Of a DNA stretch of 64,000 nucleotides, positions 39,361 to 50,599 are shown in pieces. Numbering within the stretch: position 1 is the stretch's first letter; each line of letters starts with the position of its first letter. The position numbers were made by a program, and so were the translations under genes. The notes below the pieces were generated by a model. That model was not told the DNA's origin. It saw only the letters and a list, made by a program, of their open reading frames with translations, and made no database searches. Where the stretch lies: assembly GCA_963850305.1 (NCBI GenBank), contig CAWKKR010000004.1, positions 160,001 through 224,000 on the forward strand, given 5' to 3'. The stretch is from an uncultured delta proteobacterium (GTDB lineage Bacteria > Myxococcota_A > Polyangia > Polyangiales > Polyangiaceae).

Positions 39361-41694
39361 TCAGTGGAGCGGGGCGACGCCACGCGGGAGAGCGTCGCGA
39401 AGGTCGCTCGTTGGAAGATCTGCCGTCGCGGAGGGAAGCGCGTCGGGGAAAGGAGCATCGATCGCGGAGAGCTCTCGCGCAAGGTCGCGGGGCGACGCGC
39501 CAGATGACTCGACTTCGGTCTTCGCGTAAACGACGAGCTTTTCCCCGGGGCTCACGGCCTTCCTCGCGGAAATTCGATTGACACGCTCCATCATCCCCGT
39601 GCTCATTCCGTAGCGCTTGCCCACGGATGCCAGCGTGTCGCCTTTCTTCGCCACGACGGTCATTCGTTTCCTGCCATCCTGTCCCTCGAAGTAATCGAAG
39701 AATTCCTCCGTGCCCGCGATGAGCACGCGCGCATCGCGCTCCGGAAGATACCGCACCCTCGAAAGATCGGCGGCCGGCCGGACGTAGATCTGCAGGGTCA
39801 TGCCCGGCTGCAGATGTGCCGATTCATCGAGGGCGTTCCAGCGCACGACGTCGGACAGGGCGACACCGAACTCTGCGGCGACGTCCGACGCGCTATCACC
39901 CTCGATCACGCGATAAAATACCCGCTTTCGCGACGGTTCGACGAACCTCCGCGACGGTACGATGACGACCTCTTCCTCTGCAGGCTCCCGGAGCGTGCCG
40001 CTGGCGGACGGCACCATGAGAAGTACGCTCCCAGGGCTGAGACGCTCGTCCTGGGAGATGTGGTTCGCCTGCGACAACTCGCGCACCGTCGTGTCGTGCT
40101 CGGCGGCGATCGAGGCGAGGGTGTCGCCGAATTTGACCGTGAGCGGTTCGAGCAACCGACCCTCGTGGCGCGGCTCTTCCGCCAGCCGCTGCTCGGCCAG
40201 GAGCCCGCGCCCCGACGGAACACGCACCGGCCAGGTGCGAGGAGCAGACCCCGGCGGAGGCGTGCGCCCGGTGAGATATTGCGGGTTCAACGAGACGACG
40301 TCTGGCAAAGGCACGTCCGCCGCGCGGGCGATGCTCGCCAGCTCCACGTTCGGGTTGACCGACACCGTATCGAAGCTCATCGGGGGATCCTCTTCGACGT
40401 CGTCCAGACCGAACGCCTTCTTGTTGGCCATCACGATGGCCGTGGCGAGGATCTTCGGAACGTAGAGCGTCGTCTCCCAAGGCAAGCCTGCTTCGTACCG
40501 GGACAGAGCCCAGAAGTCGTTCGTATTGAACTTGCGTACGGCGCGCAGGAGTCCGCCGTGGCCCATGTTGTAAGCCGCCATCGCCAGATCCCAGCTACCG
40601 AACCGCGCGCGCAGATCGGCGAGATAACGCACGGCCGCCTCGGTCGAGCGTTCCGGATCGAGACGTTCGTCGACCCAGCGATCGACGGTCAGACCGTACA
40701 TGCGCGCCGATTCCGGGATGAATTGCCAAAGCCCGGCGGCGCCGGCACGCGAGACGATCGTCGGATTGTGACCGCTCTCGATGAGCGAGAGCCACACGAG
40801 GTCCGTCGGGAGTCCGGCCTTCGCGAGCTCGGCCTTGAGCGCCGGGACGAGTCTGCCGCACTTTTTCACCCAGGTCCTGAGGATGCTCTTCCCGCGCGGG
40901 TCATCCCGATAAAACTCGAGGTATTTCACGACGCGTTCGTCGAGTCGCGTCGGCAGATTGGGCATCGTCAGAGACCTGAGCCAGGCGGCTTCCTTGGCGG
41001 CCGTGTCGGACTCGCCCGATACGAGCGGCAGCGACGAAGGAAGGCCCGTGGCCTCCACCGTCGGCGTGTCCTCGTCGTCGGTGGGGGCGGGCAGATCCCA
41101 CGACCAGCCCGTCTTCGCCCCCACGAGTGGCTTCGGGAAGAGTACACGCTCCGCTTGCGATAGTTCCTCCAGCTCCGGGTCGCTCTTCGTGATGGCCACG
41201 TCGTCGACGGGGCCGCCCGCGATCAAACGCCGCGCCTCGTCGTCGGGATGCGCTTCGGGGACGCCCAGCGGCAGCGTGGGGCTGGGCTGTTTCGGCGCAT
41301 GCCCGATCTTGTGCCGTCGCGACGTTCGCTCCGAAACCGGTGGAGCGGAGGCGGCCTTCGCTGCCGTCTCCGACGACGGACGATGTGACACCCGGCGCGC
41401 GCCTTGACCCGGGCCTGGTCCTAGCGGCCCAGGGACAGCGCTCTCGGCTCGGCCGGGCATGGCTGCCGGAACCTTCGGCCCTTCAGGGTCGTGCGGCACT
41501 TTCTGCTTGGTCGACACCCGGGGGTCCGTGGGGGGCTTCGGAGGAGCTCCTTTGGCGGACGGGACAGCGCCGGGCGACGATGTCGACCCTTCAGACACGC
41601 CCGCCCCGGACTTCGAGCTGGCGCTCGACGCCAGCCCGAGGACGCCGACGACGGTCGCGACGACCCAGACGGTCCGCGCGGAGCGCATCCCCAA
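39361..41694 (-). CDS. Lytic murein transglycosylase with LysM repeats (MltD-like)
   Basis: LSLIESG, SRAGAAGLWQFIP, VDERLDP, LAMAAYNMG, ETTLYVPKI; several GDTLASI-type LysM motifs. Confidence 0.9.
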   Translation of the reverse strand: MGMRSARTVWVVATVVGVLGLASSASSKSGAGVSEGSTSSPGAVPSAKGAPPKPPTDPRVSTKQKVPHDPEGPKVPAAMPGRAESAVPGPLGPGPGQGARRVSHRPSSETAAKAASAPPVSERTSRRHKIGHAPKQPSPTLPLGVPEAHPDDEARRLIAGGPVDDVAITKSDPELEELSQAERVLFPKPLVGAKTGWSWDLPAPTDDEDTPTVEATGLPSSLPLVSGESDTAAKEAAWLRSLTMPNLPTRLDERVVKYLEFYRDDPRGKSILRTWVKKCGRLVPALKAELAKAGLPTDLVWLSLIESGHNPTIVSRAGAAGLWQFIPESARMYGLTVDRWVDERLDPERSTEAAVRYLADLRARFGSWDLAMAAYNMGHGGLLRAVRKFNTNDFWALSRYEAGLPWETTLYVPKILATAIVMANKKAFGLDDVEEDPPMSFDTVSVNPNVELASIARAADVPLPDVVSLNPQYLTGRTPPPGSAPRTWPVRVPSGRGLLAEQRLAEEPRHEGRLLEPLTVKFGDTLASIAAEHDTTVRELSQANHISQDERLSPGSVLLMVPSASGTLREPAEEEVVIVPSRRFVEPSRKRVFYRVIEGDSASDVAAEFGVALSDVVRWNALDESAHLQPGMTLQIYVRPAADLSRVRYLPERDARVLIAGTEEFFDYFEGQDGRKRMTVVAKKGDTLASVGKRYGMSTGMMERVNRISARKAVSPGEKLVVYAKTEVESSGASPRDLARELSAIDAPFPDALPSATADLPTSDLRDALPRGVAPLH

Positions 41695-41724
41695 TGCGTA
41701 ACGAGAGAATCCGCGCAGGTCAAA

Positions 41725-43279
41725 TTAGCGTCTCGTGACCAGAAACAAGCCTCGTCCTTCGCGAATGATGTGAAGGAGCGTGCGAGCCTGCGACTTCACG
41801 TACGCTTCCTTGAATTTACCCACGTTCGCGACCGGTACCCGGTTGACCTCGAGCACGAGATCGCCCGGCCTGAGCCCGGAGTTCGCCGCGGGGCTGTCGG
41901 GGTCGACTTCCGTAACCACCACACCGGATTTCACATCAGCCGGAACGTCGAGCTTCTGACGAAGTTGAGGAGTCGAAATCCTGCAGCGTCAAGCCATCGA
42001 GCGCCCCCGTTGGCGCGCTTTGGTCGGCGCTCGCGACGTTGCCGCCCTTTTCGGGCAGCTCCCCGAGCGTCGCGGTGACGCCGATGGGCTTGCCGTCTCG
42101 CACCACATCGAGTTTCGCGGTCGCGCCCGCGCCGGCGGCGGCCACCGCGTTCCGGAACTCGCCGGTCGAGTTTACAGGCTCCCCATTGAACGCGAGCACG
42201 ACGTCCCCGCTCTTCATCGACGCCTTCGACGCAGGACCACCGGGCATGACCTCCGAGATCAGAATCCCCTGCAGCGAACTGAGTTTCATGGCCGATGCCA
42301 GATCCTGGTCGATGTCCTGGATGCCGACGCCGAGCCAGCCGCGAACGACTTTTCCGTGTTCGATGAGCGCCTTCATGATGGGCTGCGCCATGTTCGACGG
42401 AATGGCGAATCCGATGCCCATGTTGCCGCCGGTCCTCGACAAGATTGCCGTGTTGATCCCGATCAGCTTTCCCTCCATGTCGACGAGCGCTCCCCCGGAG
42501 TTGCCGGGATTGATGGCCGCGTCGGTCTGAATGAAGTCTTCGTAGGCCGCAATTCCCACGTTGGCTCTCCCCTTCGCGCTGACGATGCCCATCGTGATGG
42601 TCTGACCAACGCCGAATGGGTTGCCGATCGCGAGCACGACGTCTCCCAGACGCAGACGCGAGGAGTCTCCTATCTCGATCGGATGCAGACTCTTCACGTC
42701 CCCCGATAGCCGGAGCACCGCGACGTCGCTCTTCGCATCCGTCCCGATGACCTTCGCCGGAAACTCGCGCTTGTCGGCGGTCGTCACGCGGATCTCGTCG
42801 GCGCCGTCGACCACGTGATTGTTCGTGAGCACGATGCCGTCCGACGAGACTACGACTCCCGAACCGAGGCCGTGCTCGACTTGCCTCTGCTCCCGCGGCT
42901 CGCCACCGCCGGGGCCGAAGAAGTGACGAAAGAACGGGTCCTCGAAGAAGGGGCTATGCTCCGCGTCGGTCTTGACCGTGCGCGACGATGCGACGTTCAC
43001 GACGCTCGGCGCTGCCTTTTCCGCGATATCCGCGATCGACACCCCGGAAGAGCCCGTCTCTGCATAGGCGAACGCCGGATGGGGGAGGATCGCGTTGACC
43101 GCCGCGGACGCCCGCGACGTGACTATGGCCGGCGATGTCCCTCGAAGGCTCGACGAGGATATCGACGGGGGCCCGCCTCTGCCGGCACACGCGGTTGGCC
43201 AAGCGGCCAAGGCGCCGCTCAGCGCTCCAACGAACATCAATCTGTTAGCAAGGGACCTTCGATTCATCATTCTCTCCAT
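41725..43279 (-). CDS. DegQ/DegP (Do) family serine protease with two PDZ domains; frameshift near 41968
   Basis: GLGSGV, TNNHVV, SDVAVL, IQTDAAINPGNSGG, GIGFAIP. The second PDZ domain continues in the 41725..41934 frame (QLRQKLDVPADVKSGVVVTEV). Confidence 0.92.
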
Positions 43280-43366
43280 GCGTCGGTTTCGCGCGAGGCT
43301 TCCGGCTTTCCACCCATGGCGGACGGAGAGCCAACGTGCGACGAGGACATTTCATTCCGGTTCCTC

Positions 43367-43396
43367 AAAAAGGGAAATTCGCCGGACTTCCGGCGA
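43367..43396 (-). terminator. Putative intrinsic terminator after the che cluster
   Basis: Minus strand TCGCCGG-AAGT-CCGGCGA hairpin followed by ATTTCCCTTTTT, about 55 nt downstream of the cheB stop. Confidence 0.5.
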
Positions 43397-43451
43397 CCTA
43401 CCGCTTCCAGGATGGACCTGCCAGCCGCGAACGCGCAGACTGCCGGTGACG

Positions 43452-44504
43452 CTAACGCGTGACCAGGTCGGCGATCTGGTCGGCGATCTGGTGGATCGGA
43501 ATGGAACGGGACACCACGCCGGCTCTGACGGCCGAGCCCGGCATCCCATAAATGACGGCCGTCTCCTCGCTCTCGGCCATCACGGTGCCACCCGCGGCGA
43601 CGATGGCGCGGGCCCCCTCGGTGCCGTCATCCCCCATACCGGTAAGAACGACCCCAATCGACCGCGTTCGCATGGCGCGCGCAACGCTCGCGAGGAGGCG
43701 GTTACCGCTCGGCGCGTATTTATCCTCCGGGGTGGGTGCGCCGAGCCGAATGCGGAGCTGTCCGCCCGGCAGCGCGTCGACCTCCATGCACTGGCGCCCC
43801 GGGCAGACGAACGCGCTCTGGGAGGTGACCAGATCTCCATCGACCGCCTCTGAGACGCGAAACGCGCTCTTCTTATCGAGTCTTTCCGCAAACGTTCGCG
43901 TGAAACGCTCGGGCATGTGCTGCGCCACGAGGATCGCGTAGTCGCCCTTGCCGGAAAGCTGCACGAACAGCTGAGCCAGGGCGGACGGCCCTCCCGTGGA
44001 AGCGACGATCGCGACGACTGAACGCGGAGCGAGGGACAACGCACCCGGCCGCACTCGCTCGCCTCGATTCGAGGACATGGGCAACATGCTCGGGCGCAGG
44101 TTCCGGGCGCGCTCGCTGCGAAAGGCGAGCACCTTCTGCACGAGGCCGTCGAGTGCCTCATCCGCTTCCGCACCCCCTATCTCGGGCTTCGCGACGAAAT
44201 CGACCGCTCCGAGCTCGAGCGCGCGAAACACATTTTCTTTGTGGCTGTAGCTCGAAACGACGATGACAGGCGTTGGCCGGCTCGCCATCAGGAGCCGAAG
44301 GAAGCTGAAGCCGTCCATCTTCGGCATCTCGAGGTCGAGCGTGATGACGTCCGGCTTGAGCTCGTACACCAGTTTCAGCGCCTCGGTCCCGTCCGCCGCT
44401 CGCGCTGCGACCTCCGCCTGACCGGATGCTTGAAGGCGTACCGTGATTGCGCGCCGGTTGATGGCGGAGTCGTCGACGACGAGGACACGCACTTTGTCCG
44501 TCAT
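43452..44504 (-). CDS. cheB: Chemotaxis response regulator protein-glutamate methylesterase
   Basis: RVLVVDDSA, DVITLDLEMPKMDG, ASTGGP, QHMP, LTGMGDDG, YGMP. Confidence 0.95.
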   Translation of the reverse strand: MTDKVRVLVVDDSAINRRAITVRLQASGQAEVAARAADGTEALKLVYELKPDVITLDLEMPKMDGFSFLRLLMASRPTPVIVVSSYSHKENVFRALELGAVDFVAKPEIGGAEADEALDGLVQKVLAFRSERARNLRPSMLPMSSNRGERVRPGALSLAPRSVVAIVASTGGPSALAQLFVQLSGKGDYAILVAQHMPERFTRTFAERLDKKSAFRVSEAVDGDLVTSQSAFVCPGRQCMEVDALPGGQLRIRLGAPTPEDKYAPSGNRLLASVARAMRTRSIGVVLTGMGDDGTEGARAIVAAGGTVMAESEETAVIYGMPGSAVRAGVVSRSIPIHQIADQIADLVTR

Positions 44505-45403
44505 CGCGGCTTGCCCTCTTTGCCGGGCGCGAGCGGGCGCCGGTAAACGAAATCCGATGACAGATGCACGAGCTCGAAGGCGGTGGACAGGTTCAAGAGG
44601 GACTCCGAATGCCCGAGAAGCAAATACCCCCCTGGCACCAGGCGCTCGTAGAGATTGTCGATGACCCGCCGACGCGATCCGGGGTCGAAGTAAATGAGCA
44701 CGTTCCGGCAAAACACCGCGTCGATGCGACCGAGTGTCGACGCCTTCAGACCGTCGAGGAGGTTCAGATGTCCGAAGTAGCACGACTTCCGAAGCCAATC
44801 GACGACATGCGTTCCATCCTCCCGTTCGACAAAGTACGCCGACCGGAATGCGTCGGGCGCCGAGCGGAACGCACTGCCGCGATAGACGCCGCGACGCGCC
44901 GCGGCGACGCTCGTTTTCGAGATGTCGCTGCCGACGATGCGGACGTCCCAGTCGATGAAGGAGCCCGACTGATGCACCATCGCCGCGATGGAGTAGGCCT
45001 CTTCACCCGTGGAGCAGCCTGCGCTCCAGATCGCGAGTCGACGTTTGTCGGCGTTGGCCAGCGAGAGTTTCGGGAGGATCTCGTCGCGAAATGCCGTGAG
45101 CTGGTACTCCTGACGCAGAAAATAAGTCTCGTTGGTGGTCAGGGCCTCGATCGCTTCCTCGAGCTCCGAGCGACCCCGAACGTTGAAGCGCAGATACTTG
45201 TAGTACTCGTCGAAGCCGAGCAGGTCGAGCGCGGCGACTCGTTCGCCGAGGCGTCGATCGAACAGGTACGCGGAGCCGTCGTCGAAATGGAGCCCCGCAT
45301 GCTCGTTCACGAGATCCCGGAGGAGCCGGAATTCCTCGGGGCGGATCCGTTGTCGGAGCTCCTGACGATCGCCCATGCCCATGAAGAGGCCTTCTCGTCT
45401 CAC
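44501..45403 (-). CDS. cheR: Chemotaxis protein methyltransferase
   Basis: LTTNETYFLR, IWSAGCSTGEEAYS, GSDIS, FCRNVLIYF, GGYLLLGHSE. Confidence 0.95.
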   Translation of the reverse strand: MRREGLFMGMGDRQELRQRIRPEEFRLLRDLVNEHAGLHFDDGSAYLFDRRLGERVAALDLLGFDEYYKYLRFNVRGRSELEEAIEALTTNETYFLRQEYQLTAFRDEILPKLSLANADKRRLAIWSAGCSTGEEAYSIAAMVHQSGSFIDWDVRIVGSDISKTSVAAARRGVYRGSAFRSAPDAFRSAYFVEREDGTHVVDWLRKSCYFGHLNLLDGLKASTLGRIDAVFCRNVLIYFDPGSRRRVIDNLYERLVPGGYLLLGHSESLLNLSTAFELVHLSSDFVYRRPLAPGKEGKPR

Positions 45404-45416
45404 GGAGCTCCTTCCC

Positions 45417-47519
45417 TCACCCGGCCCCGCCGCCTAGTGGCGGCATGGTCCGGCGAACCGGAGTTCCTTCGCCTTCTGATAGGCTCCGCTGAATCTCCTC
45501 GCGAACGAGTGCCTCACGTTCGTGCACGAGGCGCTGTCTCAGCAGATCCCGAGCGTCCGCGCGACGCCCGAGGAGTTCGGCCGCAAGCCGGCGGACATCC
45601 CACGCCTCGTGATCGAGACAGGAGGCGACGTGCGCCATGACGCGCGGATTGGACTCGTCCCTCGCCACGGCACGGAGCGCGGCCTTCACGACCTCGGGCT
45701 CGGGACGCGATAGGGCATGGATCAGTGCGTCGGTGCGATCCGGCGCGTCGAGACGAGAGAGCGCTTCGACTGCTGCGACGGCGCGCACAGCCGTCCCTTG
45801 CCGTGCAACCCCGCGCAGCACGTCGAGCGCGCCCGGATCGTTGGTATCTCCGAGCGCTTCGATCGCCGCGACCCCCACGGCGTCGTCAGCAACGTTGCCC
45901 ACGACTTCGAGCAAATGCCCGACGCCTGCGGCACGGCCATTCTCGTCGCGCATCCGTCCGAGAGCACGAATGGCCGCTAGTTGCACCTCGGGCGCCTCGT
46001 CCGTGATGCCGAACGAAACGGCCTCGATTGCGGCCGCTCCCTCGAATCGAGACAATGCGTCGAAAGCGGCGCGCCGCGCGACTCCGCTTTGGTTCGACGC
46101 GGCATCGGCCAGAAAAGCGACGTCTTGAGCAACGCTCCCGAAGACGGACTCCGGGCGAACGGTCATGATGACGGCGGCCACGACGGCATCGTCTGCGTCG
46201 GGTCTGCACTGACGCGCCAGGGCGCGTGAGGCTTCCGGGTATCGCGTCGCAGTCGCGGCGAGTGCGAGCGCAGCGGCCTGGCGGAGCGCTGGTGACGAGT
46301 CCGGCAAGAGAAAGCGGGTCGCCAGCCCGAACGTGCCCTCGTCCCCGATGCGCCGGAGCGCGCCCAGTGCGGCGCGCACGACGTCCGGAGCGCCGTCCTC
46401 GGTCGCGTCGAGGATGGCCTGCGATGCGATGGCGCGCGACGATTCGTCCGCGAGCCGCCCAAGCTGTTCGACGCACGCCGCGCGTTCCTGCGAAGAGCCA
46501 GCCCGGGCGCGGCGCGACAGCGCGAGGATCGCCGCCGGGCCGAGCATTTCGAGCGCGCGCTCCGCTTCGCTCGCCACGCGATCATCGGCCAGCGCGTCGA
46601 TGACCGCCTCCGCCGCCTCCGAGGTACCGAGCACGCCGACGATGAGCAACACGCAGCGCCGCGCCTCGAGATCGTCGCTCGCGCGCCGCGCCTCGTCGAC
46701 GAGACGGCGGCGCTGCTTCTCCTCCAGGCCACCCAGCGCTGTCCGGGCGGCGCGTCGCGCCGCCGGATCGTCACCGACGAACGTGGCGAGCGCATGCAAC
46801 GCCGACCTGCGAGTGCGCCCCTCGGCCGTGGCGAGCCATCGAGCAAGGTGAGGTGCAGCGTCGACGTGGCCGGAAAGCCCCGCGGCGACCAGCGCGGCCT
46901 CTCGGAACAGGGGATCTTCCACGTGGGGTCGGAGAAGCGGGAATCCGACCGGTGCGCCCAGGCGATTCAGCCCTTCCAGGGCACCGAGAACGGCGAGCGC
47001 GTCCTGGCTGACGAGACACCGCTCGAGCAGCGTAACGGCCCGTTCCACGTCGACGCGGCCCGCAATGGGGATCGCCTCGATCGCCGCGGCGCGTACATTC
47101 ACGTCGTCGTCGTCGAGGAGCTCTTCGAGCTGGCGCAACGCCCCCGGGTCGCCGGTACGCGAGAGGGCCTCCGCGGCGAGCTTCCGGCCGTCTGCGTCTA
47201 GACCGGGCATGGCCGAGCCGATGGCCTCGACGGCGCGAGAGCCGAACGCGGTCAGTGCTTCCACCGCCGCGTTCCTCAACCCGACGTTGTCGCCGGGCTC
47301 GAACGCTTTCACGAGGGCCTCCAACACCGCTCGAGACGCAGGCAGGCCGGGCGCGATACCAACGGCCTCCTTTCGGACTCGCCAATCGGGATCGCCCAGG
47401 GCGGCGATCAAGAGGCGCGACTGATCAGCGTCCGGCGCCTTCGCGATGTCGGCGACGGCACGTCGGCGCTCCTCCGGATCGCGCGAACCAAGACCCGTCT
47501 CCCCGCTGGCCATCGTCAC
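45417..47519 (-). CDS. HEAT-repeat protein in chemosensory cluster
   Basis: Repeated L.D.D..VR.AA..AL motifs (ALGDPDWRVRKEAV, LLDDDDVNVRAAAIEA, LDHEAWDVRRLAAELLG). Confidence 0.88.
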   Translation of the reverse strand: MTMASGETGLGSRDPEERRRAVADIAKAPDADQSRLLIAALGDPDWRVRKEAVGIAPGLPASRAVLEALVKAFEPGDNVGLRNAAVEALTAFGSRAVEAIGSAMPGLDADGRKLAAEALSRTGDPGALRQLEELLDDDDVNVRAAAIEAIPIAGRVDVERAVTLLERCLVSQDALAVLGALEGLNRLGAPVGFPLLRPHVEDPLFREAALVAAGLSGHVDAAPHLARWLATAEGRTRRSALHALATFVGDDPAARRAARTALGGLEEKQRRRLVDEARRASDDLEARRCVLLIVGVLGTSEAAEAVIDALADDRVASEAERALEMLGPAAILALSRRARAGSSQERAACVEQLGRLADESSRAIASQAILDATEDGAPDVVRAALGALRRIGDEGTFGLATRFLLPDSSPALRQAAALALAATATRYPEASRALARQCRPDADDAVVAAVIMTVRPESVFGSVAQDVAFLADAASNQSGVARRAAFDALSRFEGAAAIEAVSFGITDEAPEVQLAAIRALGRMRDENGRAAGVGHLLEVVGNVADDAVGVAAIEALGDTNDPGALDVLRGVARQGTAVRAVAAVEALSRLDAPDRTDALIHALSRPEPEVVKAALRAVARDESNPRVMAHVASCLDHEAWDVRRLAAELLGRRADARDLLRQRLVHEREALVREEIQRSLSEGEGTPVRRTMPPLGGGAG

Positions 47520-47998
47520 GCTCCGAGCCTCGGAAGGTCGCCAGAGATGCCATCCGTCAACGCCTCGAATCGATTGACGTCGAGGATGAATGTCAGGGTG
47601 CCCTCGAAGGACGTGACCCCGCTGATCCCTCGGGCGTCCTCCCCACCCCCGAGCGCCGGAGCGGGGCGAATCCGCTCGCGACCACTACCGAAAGCATCGA
47701 TGATACGGTCCACGATGAGTCCCACGATCCGCTCCCCGAGCGAGAGCAACACCCATTTCGATCGGGATTGATCCGTCGACGGCGCGAGCCCGAATCGCGC
47801 GCGCAAGTCGACGGCGACGATCACCTCTCCACGATAGTCTGCCACGCCCGCGATGGCGCCATCGAGGTGGGGGAGCGCGGTCAGGGTCAGCGGATTCACG
47901 ATTGCCCTCACGACGGCTATCGGGACCGCGTAGGCGACGTCACCGACGACGAAGCCGACGAGATTTTTGTTCGGCCCGGAACGGACCCGCGACCTCAT
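47516..47998 (-). CDS. cheW: Chemotaxis coupling protein CheW
   Basis: LVGFVVGDVAYAVPI..V..I, GVADYRGEVI..VDLRARFGL, VGLIVDRI. Confidence 0.9.
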   Translation of the reverse strand: MRSRVRSGPNKNLVGFVVGDVAYAVPIAVVRAIVNPLTLTALPHLDGAIAGVADYRGEVIVAVDLRARFGLAPSTDQSRSKWVLLSLGERIVGLIVDRIIDAFGSGRERIRPAPALGGGEDARGISGVTSFEGTLTFILDVNRFEALTDGISGDLPRLGA

Positions 47999-48480
47999 GT
48001 TTCCACCACCGAGGCCAGATCGAGCAGGACCAGGAACTCGCCGTCGGGACGCCCCACGCCGAGGACGTGATCGGACAAGTCGCCACCGAGCAAGCTCGAC
48101 GTGAGCTCGATCTCCGCGCTGGAGAGGCGCACGACGTGGCGCACCTCGTCCACGAGGAGCCCGAGTACCTCGCCGGAGTCCGTGTTCGCGAGCAGGATCC
48201 GCGAAAGGCGGGAGACCGGACTTTCCACGAGCTTCAGACGACGGCGCAAGTCGACCACCGTCACCAGGAGTCCGCGCACGCTGCATACCCCGACGACGTC
48301 CGCTGGCGCACGCGGCACCTCCGTGACAGGCGGTGAGCTTACGATCTCCCGGATCCGCGCGAGCTCGACGGCATACACGTCCGACCCGAGACGGAAGGAC
48401 AGGAACTCACGAAGCGCAGAGTGCGCCGCGGGCTCGAGTCGATCGAGGATCGAGGGGCCGGCCTTCCCGAGCTCAGGCAT
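47995..48480 (-). CDS. cheW: Chemotaxis coupling protein CheW
   Basis: EFLSFRLGSDVYAVELARIREI, TEVPRAP..VVGV.SVRG..VTVVDLR, GLLVDEV. Confidence 0.92.
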   Translation of the reverse strand: MPELGKAGPSILDRLEPAAHSALREFLSFRLGSDVYAVELARIREIVSSPPVTEVPRAPADVVGVCSVRGLLVTVVDLRRRLKLVESPVSRLSRILLANTDSGEVLGLLVDEVRHVVRLSSAEIELTSSLLGGDLSDHVLGVGRPDGEFLVLLDLASVVET

Positions 48481-50599
48481 GTCCCAGCTGCCTTTCGCGG
48501 GCGATGTCCACGAACCTGAGCGTCTCATCGATCAGCGCCGCGGGATCCAGCACCAAGGCCACGCGCTGATCACCGAGCTCGGTCGCACCCGAGAAACCAC
48601 GCACCCCGTTCAGTGATTTGCCGAGGGGCTTGATGACGATGTCCTGCTGCCCTTGGAGATCGTCCACGGCAATGCCCAATCGCCGGGCACCGAGCATCGC
48701 GACGACAACGTACCTGCGCTTGGGCGGTGCCGTTCCCGGCGGAAGGGATAACCCGAAGATCCCGCCGAGACGACAGATGGGGAGCGTCGCGCCACGGAGA
48801 GTCATGACTTCTCTGCCGTCGATGACGCGCACCTGGGATTCGTCGAGCGTCGTGGCTTCGGCGACACTCGTCAGGGGCATCGCGAAGGGACGCCCGGCGA
48901 CGCGGACGAGCAGGGCGCTGACGATCGCGAGCGTGACGGGCAAAGTCAACGTGAGCTTCGTGCCGATCTCGGTCTCGCTATGCACGTCGATGACGCCACC
49001 GAGCCGCGAGATGTTCGTCTTCACGACGTCCATGCCGACCCCGCGTCCGCTGTAGTCGCTCGCCTCCTCGCGCGTCGACAGCCCCGGAAGGAAAATGAGA
49101 TTCAAGATCTCCGCTCGCGTGAGCTGATCGACCTCCTCGAGGTGGACTTTGCCGAGCGTGACCGCCCGGTCCACGATCGCTGCTTCGTCGATGCCGTGGC
49201 CGTCGTCTTCGACCTCGATGACGACGTGGTTACCCTTCTGGAATGCATTCAGGGCAATCGTTCCCGCACGGGGTTTGCCGACTCGCCTTCGCTCTTCGGC
49301 GTCTTCGATACCGTGATCGATGGCGTTCCTCACGACGTGCATCAACGGGTCGCTCAGCTCCTCGACGATGAGCTTGTCGATCTCCGTCTCCGCGCCCGTT
49401 ATGACGAGCCGGATCTCTTTGTCCATTTCGCGGCCGATTTGCCGGACCACACGCGCGAGGCGGTCGAAGACCTGACCGAGTGGCACCATGCGAACTTCGA
49501 GGATGCCGCCCTGGAGTTCGCCCAGTCTGCGGTCGAAACTCCGCTGGATGCTGTGGAGCTCCGAACCCAGCTGACGACTGGCCTCTGCGCGAATCTTCTC
49601 GCCGAATCGGGCAAGCGCGTTCTTGACGATCGCGAGCTCGCCCACGACGTTCATCAGCGCGTCGAGTTTCCGGATGTCGACGCGAACGGTCTGCGCGACG
49701 GCCCTGAGCGCCGCAGCATGTTCAGGCGCATCGACGGGGCGTTCGGAGAGCACGGGCTCGCGCGAATGCGAGCGCGCGGGTACCGGCACCGAGTCGAGCG
49801 TGGCCCCCGCGATCGAATCGCGCACGGGTGGCGCGGTGTCGCTGGGCACTTCGCCCTTGGTCGGGATGGCGTCGATCTTCGTGTTCGGACCACCGAGTGA
49901 CACCTCGAGAGCGCTTTTCGACGATGAAGACGCGAGCAACAGATCGAGCTGGATACTGTCGACGTCCGTGCTCGCGCCCGTCGGCAAGTACGTGATTACC
50001 TCTCCGTGAACCTTCGCCCGCGCCTTGATGTCCTCCAGCGCCTTGTCGATCGTCGCGAGATCGAAATCGACGCGCACCCGGAACAGTAATAGCCCCTGCT
50101 CGATCGACGATCGAAGACGGTGCTCCTCGTATTCGGTGAGCACCGCGAGCATGGCCGCGTCGAGCTCGAACCGCGAAAACGGGTTCGTTCGCGGTTCCCT
50201 GCTGCCACCGAGGTTTCCGAACTCCTGGACGAGGTCATCTATCGCGGGCAGCGGATCGTCGGAGCGTGTGCGCTCCACGCCGAGAGCGAGACCGTACAGC
50301 TCGATCGCGCGGAACAGGAGATCCAGAACCTCTGGCGTCAGGGGATGACGGCCGAGGCGCAGCGAATCGAGCACGTCCTCCAGACGATGCGACAGCGTGC
50401 TCACCTTCTTCGCTCCGAAGAGCCCGGCGAGCCCCTTCAACGTGTGCACGGCCCGGAACGCCTCGTTGACGAGTCCCGGATCTTCGCGTCCGGCCTTGAG
50501 CATCGCGTCGATGGCCAGCAGGTTGCGCGAGAGCGACTCCACGAGCTCCTGCGCTTCCGAGAAAAACTCCTCGCGAGCCTTGTCGAGCCCTTCAACCAT
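48473..50599 (-). CDS. cheA: Chemotaxis histidine kinase CheA
   Basis: Hpt FRAVHTLKG, VRVDIRKLDALMNVVGEL, PLMHVVRNAIDHGIE, DDGHG, SGRGVGMDVV, C-terminal CheW-like domain. Confidence 0.97.
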   Translation of the reverse strand: MVEGLDKAREEFFSEAQELVESLSRNLLAIDAMLKAGREDPGLVNEAFRAVHTLKGLAGLFGAKKVSTLSHRLEDVLDSLRLGRHPLTPEVLDLLFRAIELYGLALGVERTRSDDPLPAIDDLVQEFGNLGGSREPRTNPFSRFELDAAMLAVLTEYEEHRLRSSIEQGLLLFRVRVDFDLATIDKALEDIKARAKVHGEVITYLPTGASTDVDSIQLDLLLASSSSKSALEVSLGGPNTKIDAIPTKGEVPSDTAPPVRDSIAGATLDSVPVPARSHSREPVLSERPVDAPEHAAALRAVAQTVRVDIRKLDALMNVVGELAIVKNALARFGEKIRAEASRQLGSELHSIQRSFDRRLGELQGGILEVRMVPLGQVFDRLARVVRQIGREMDKEIRLVITGAETEIDKLIVEELSDPLMHVVRNAIDHGIEDAEERRRVGKPRAGTIALNAFQKGNHVVIEVEDDGHGIDEAAIVDRAVTLGKVHLEEVDQLTRAEILNLIFLPGLSTREEASDYSGRGVGMDVVKTNISRLGGVIDVHSETEIGTKLTLTLPVTLAIVSALLVRVAGRPFAMPLTSVAEATTLDESQVRVIDGREVMTLRGATLPICRLGGIFGLSLPPGTAPPKRRYVVVAMLGARRLGIAVDDLQGQQDIVIKPLGKSLNGVRGFSGATELGDQRVALVLDPAALIDETLRFVDIARERQLGHA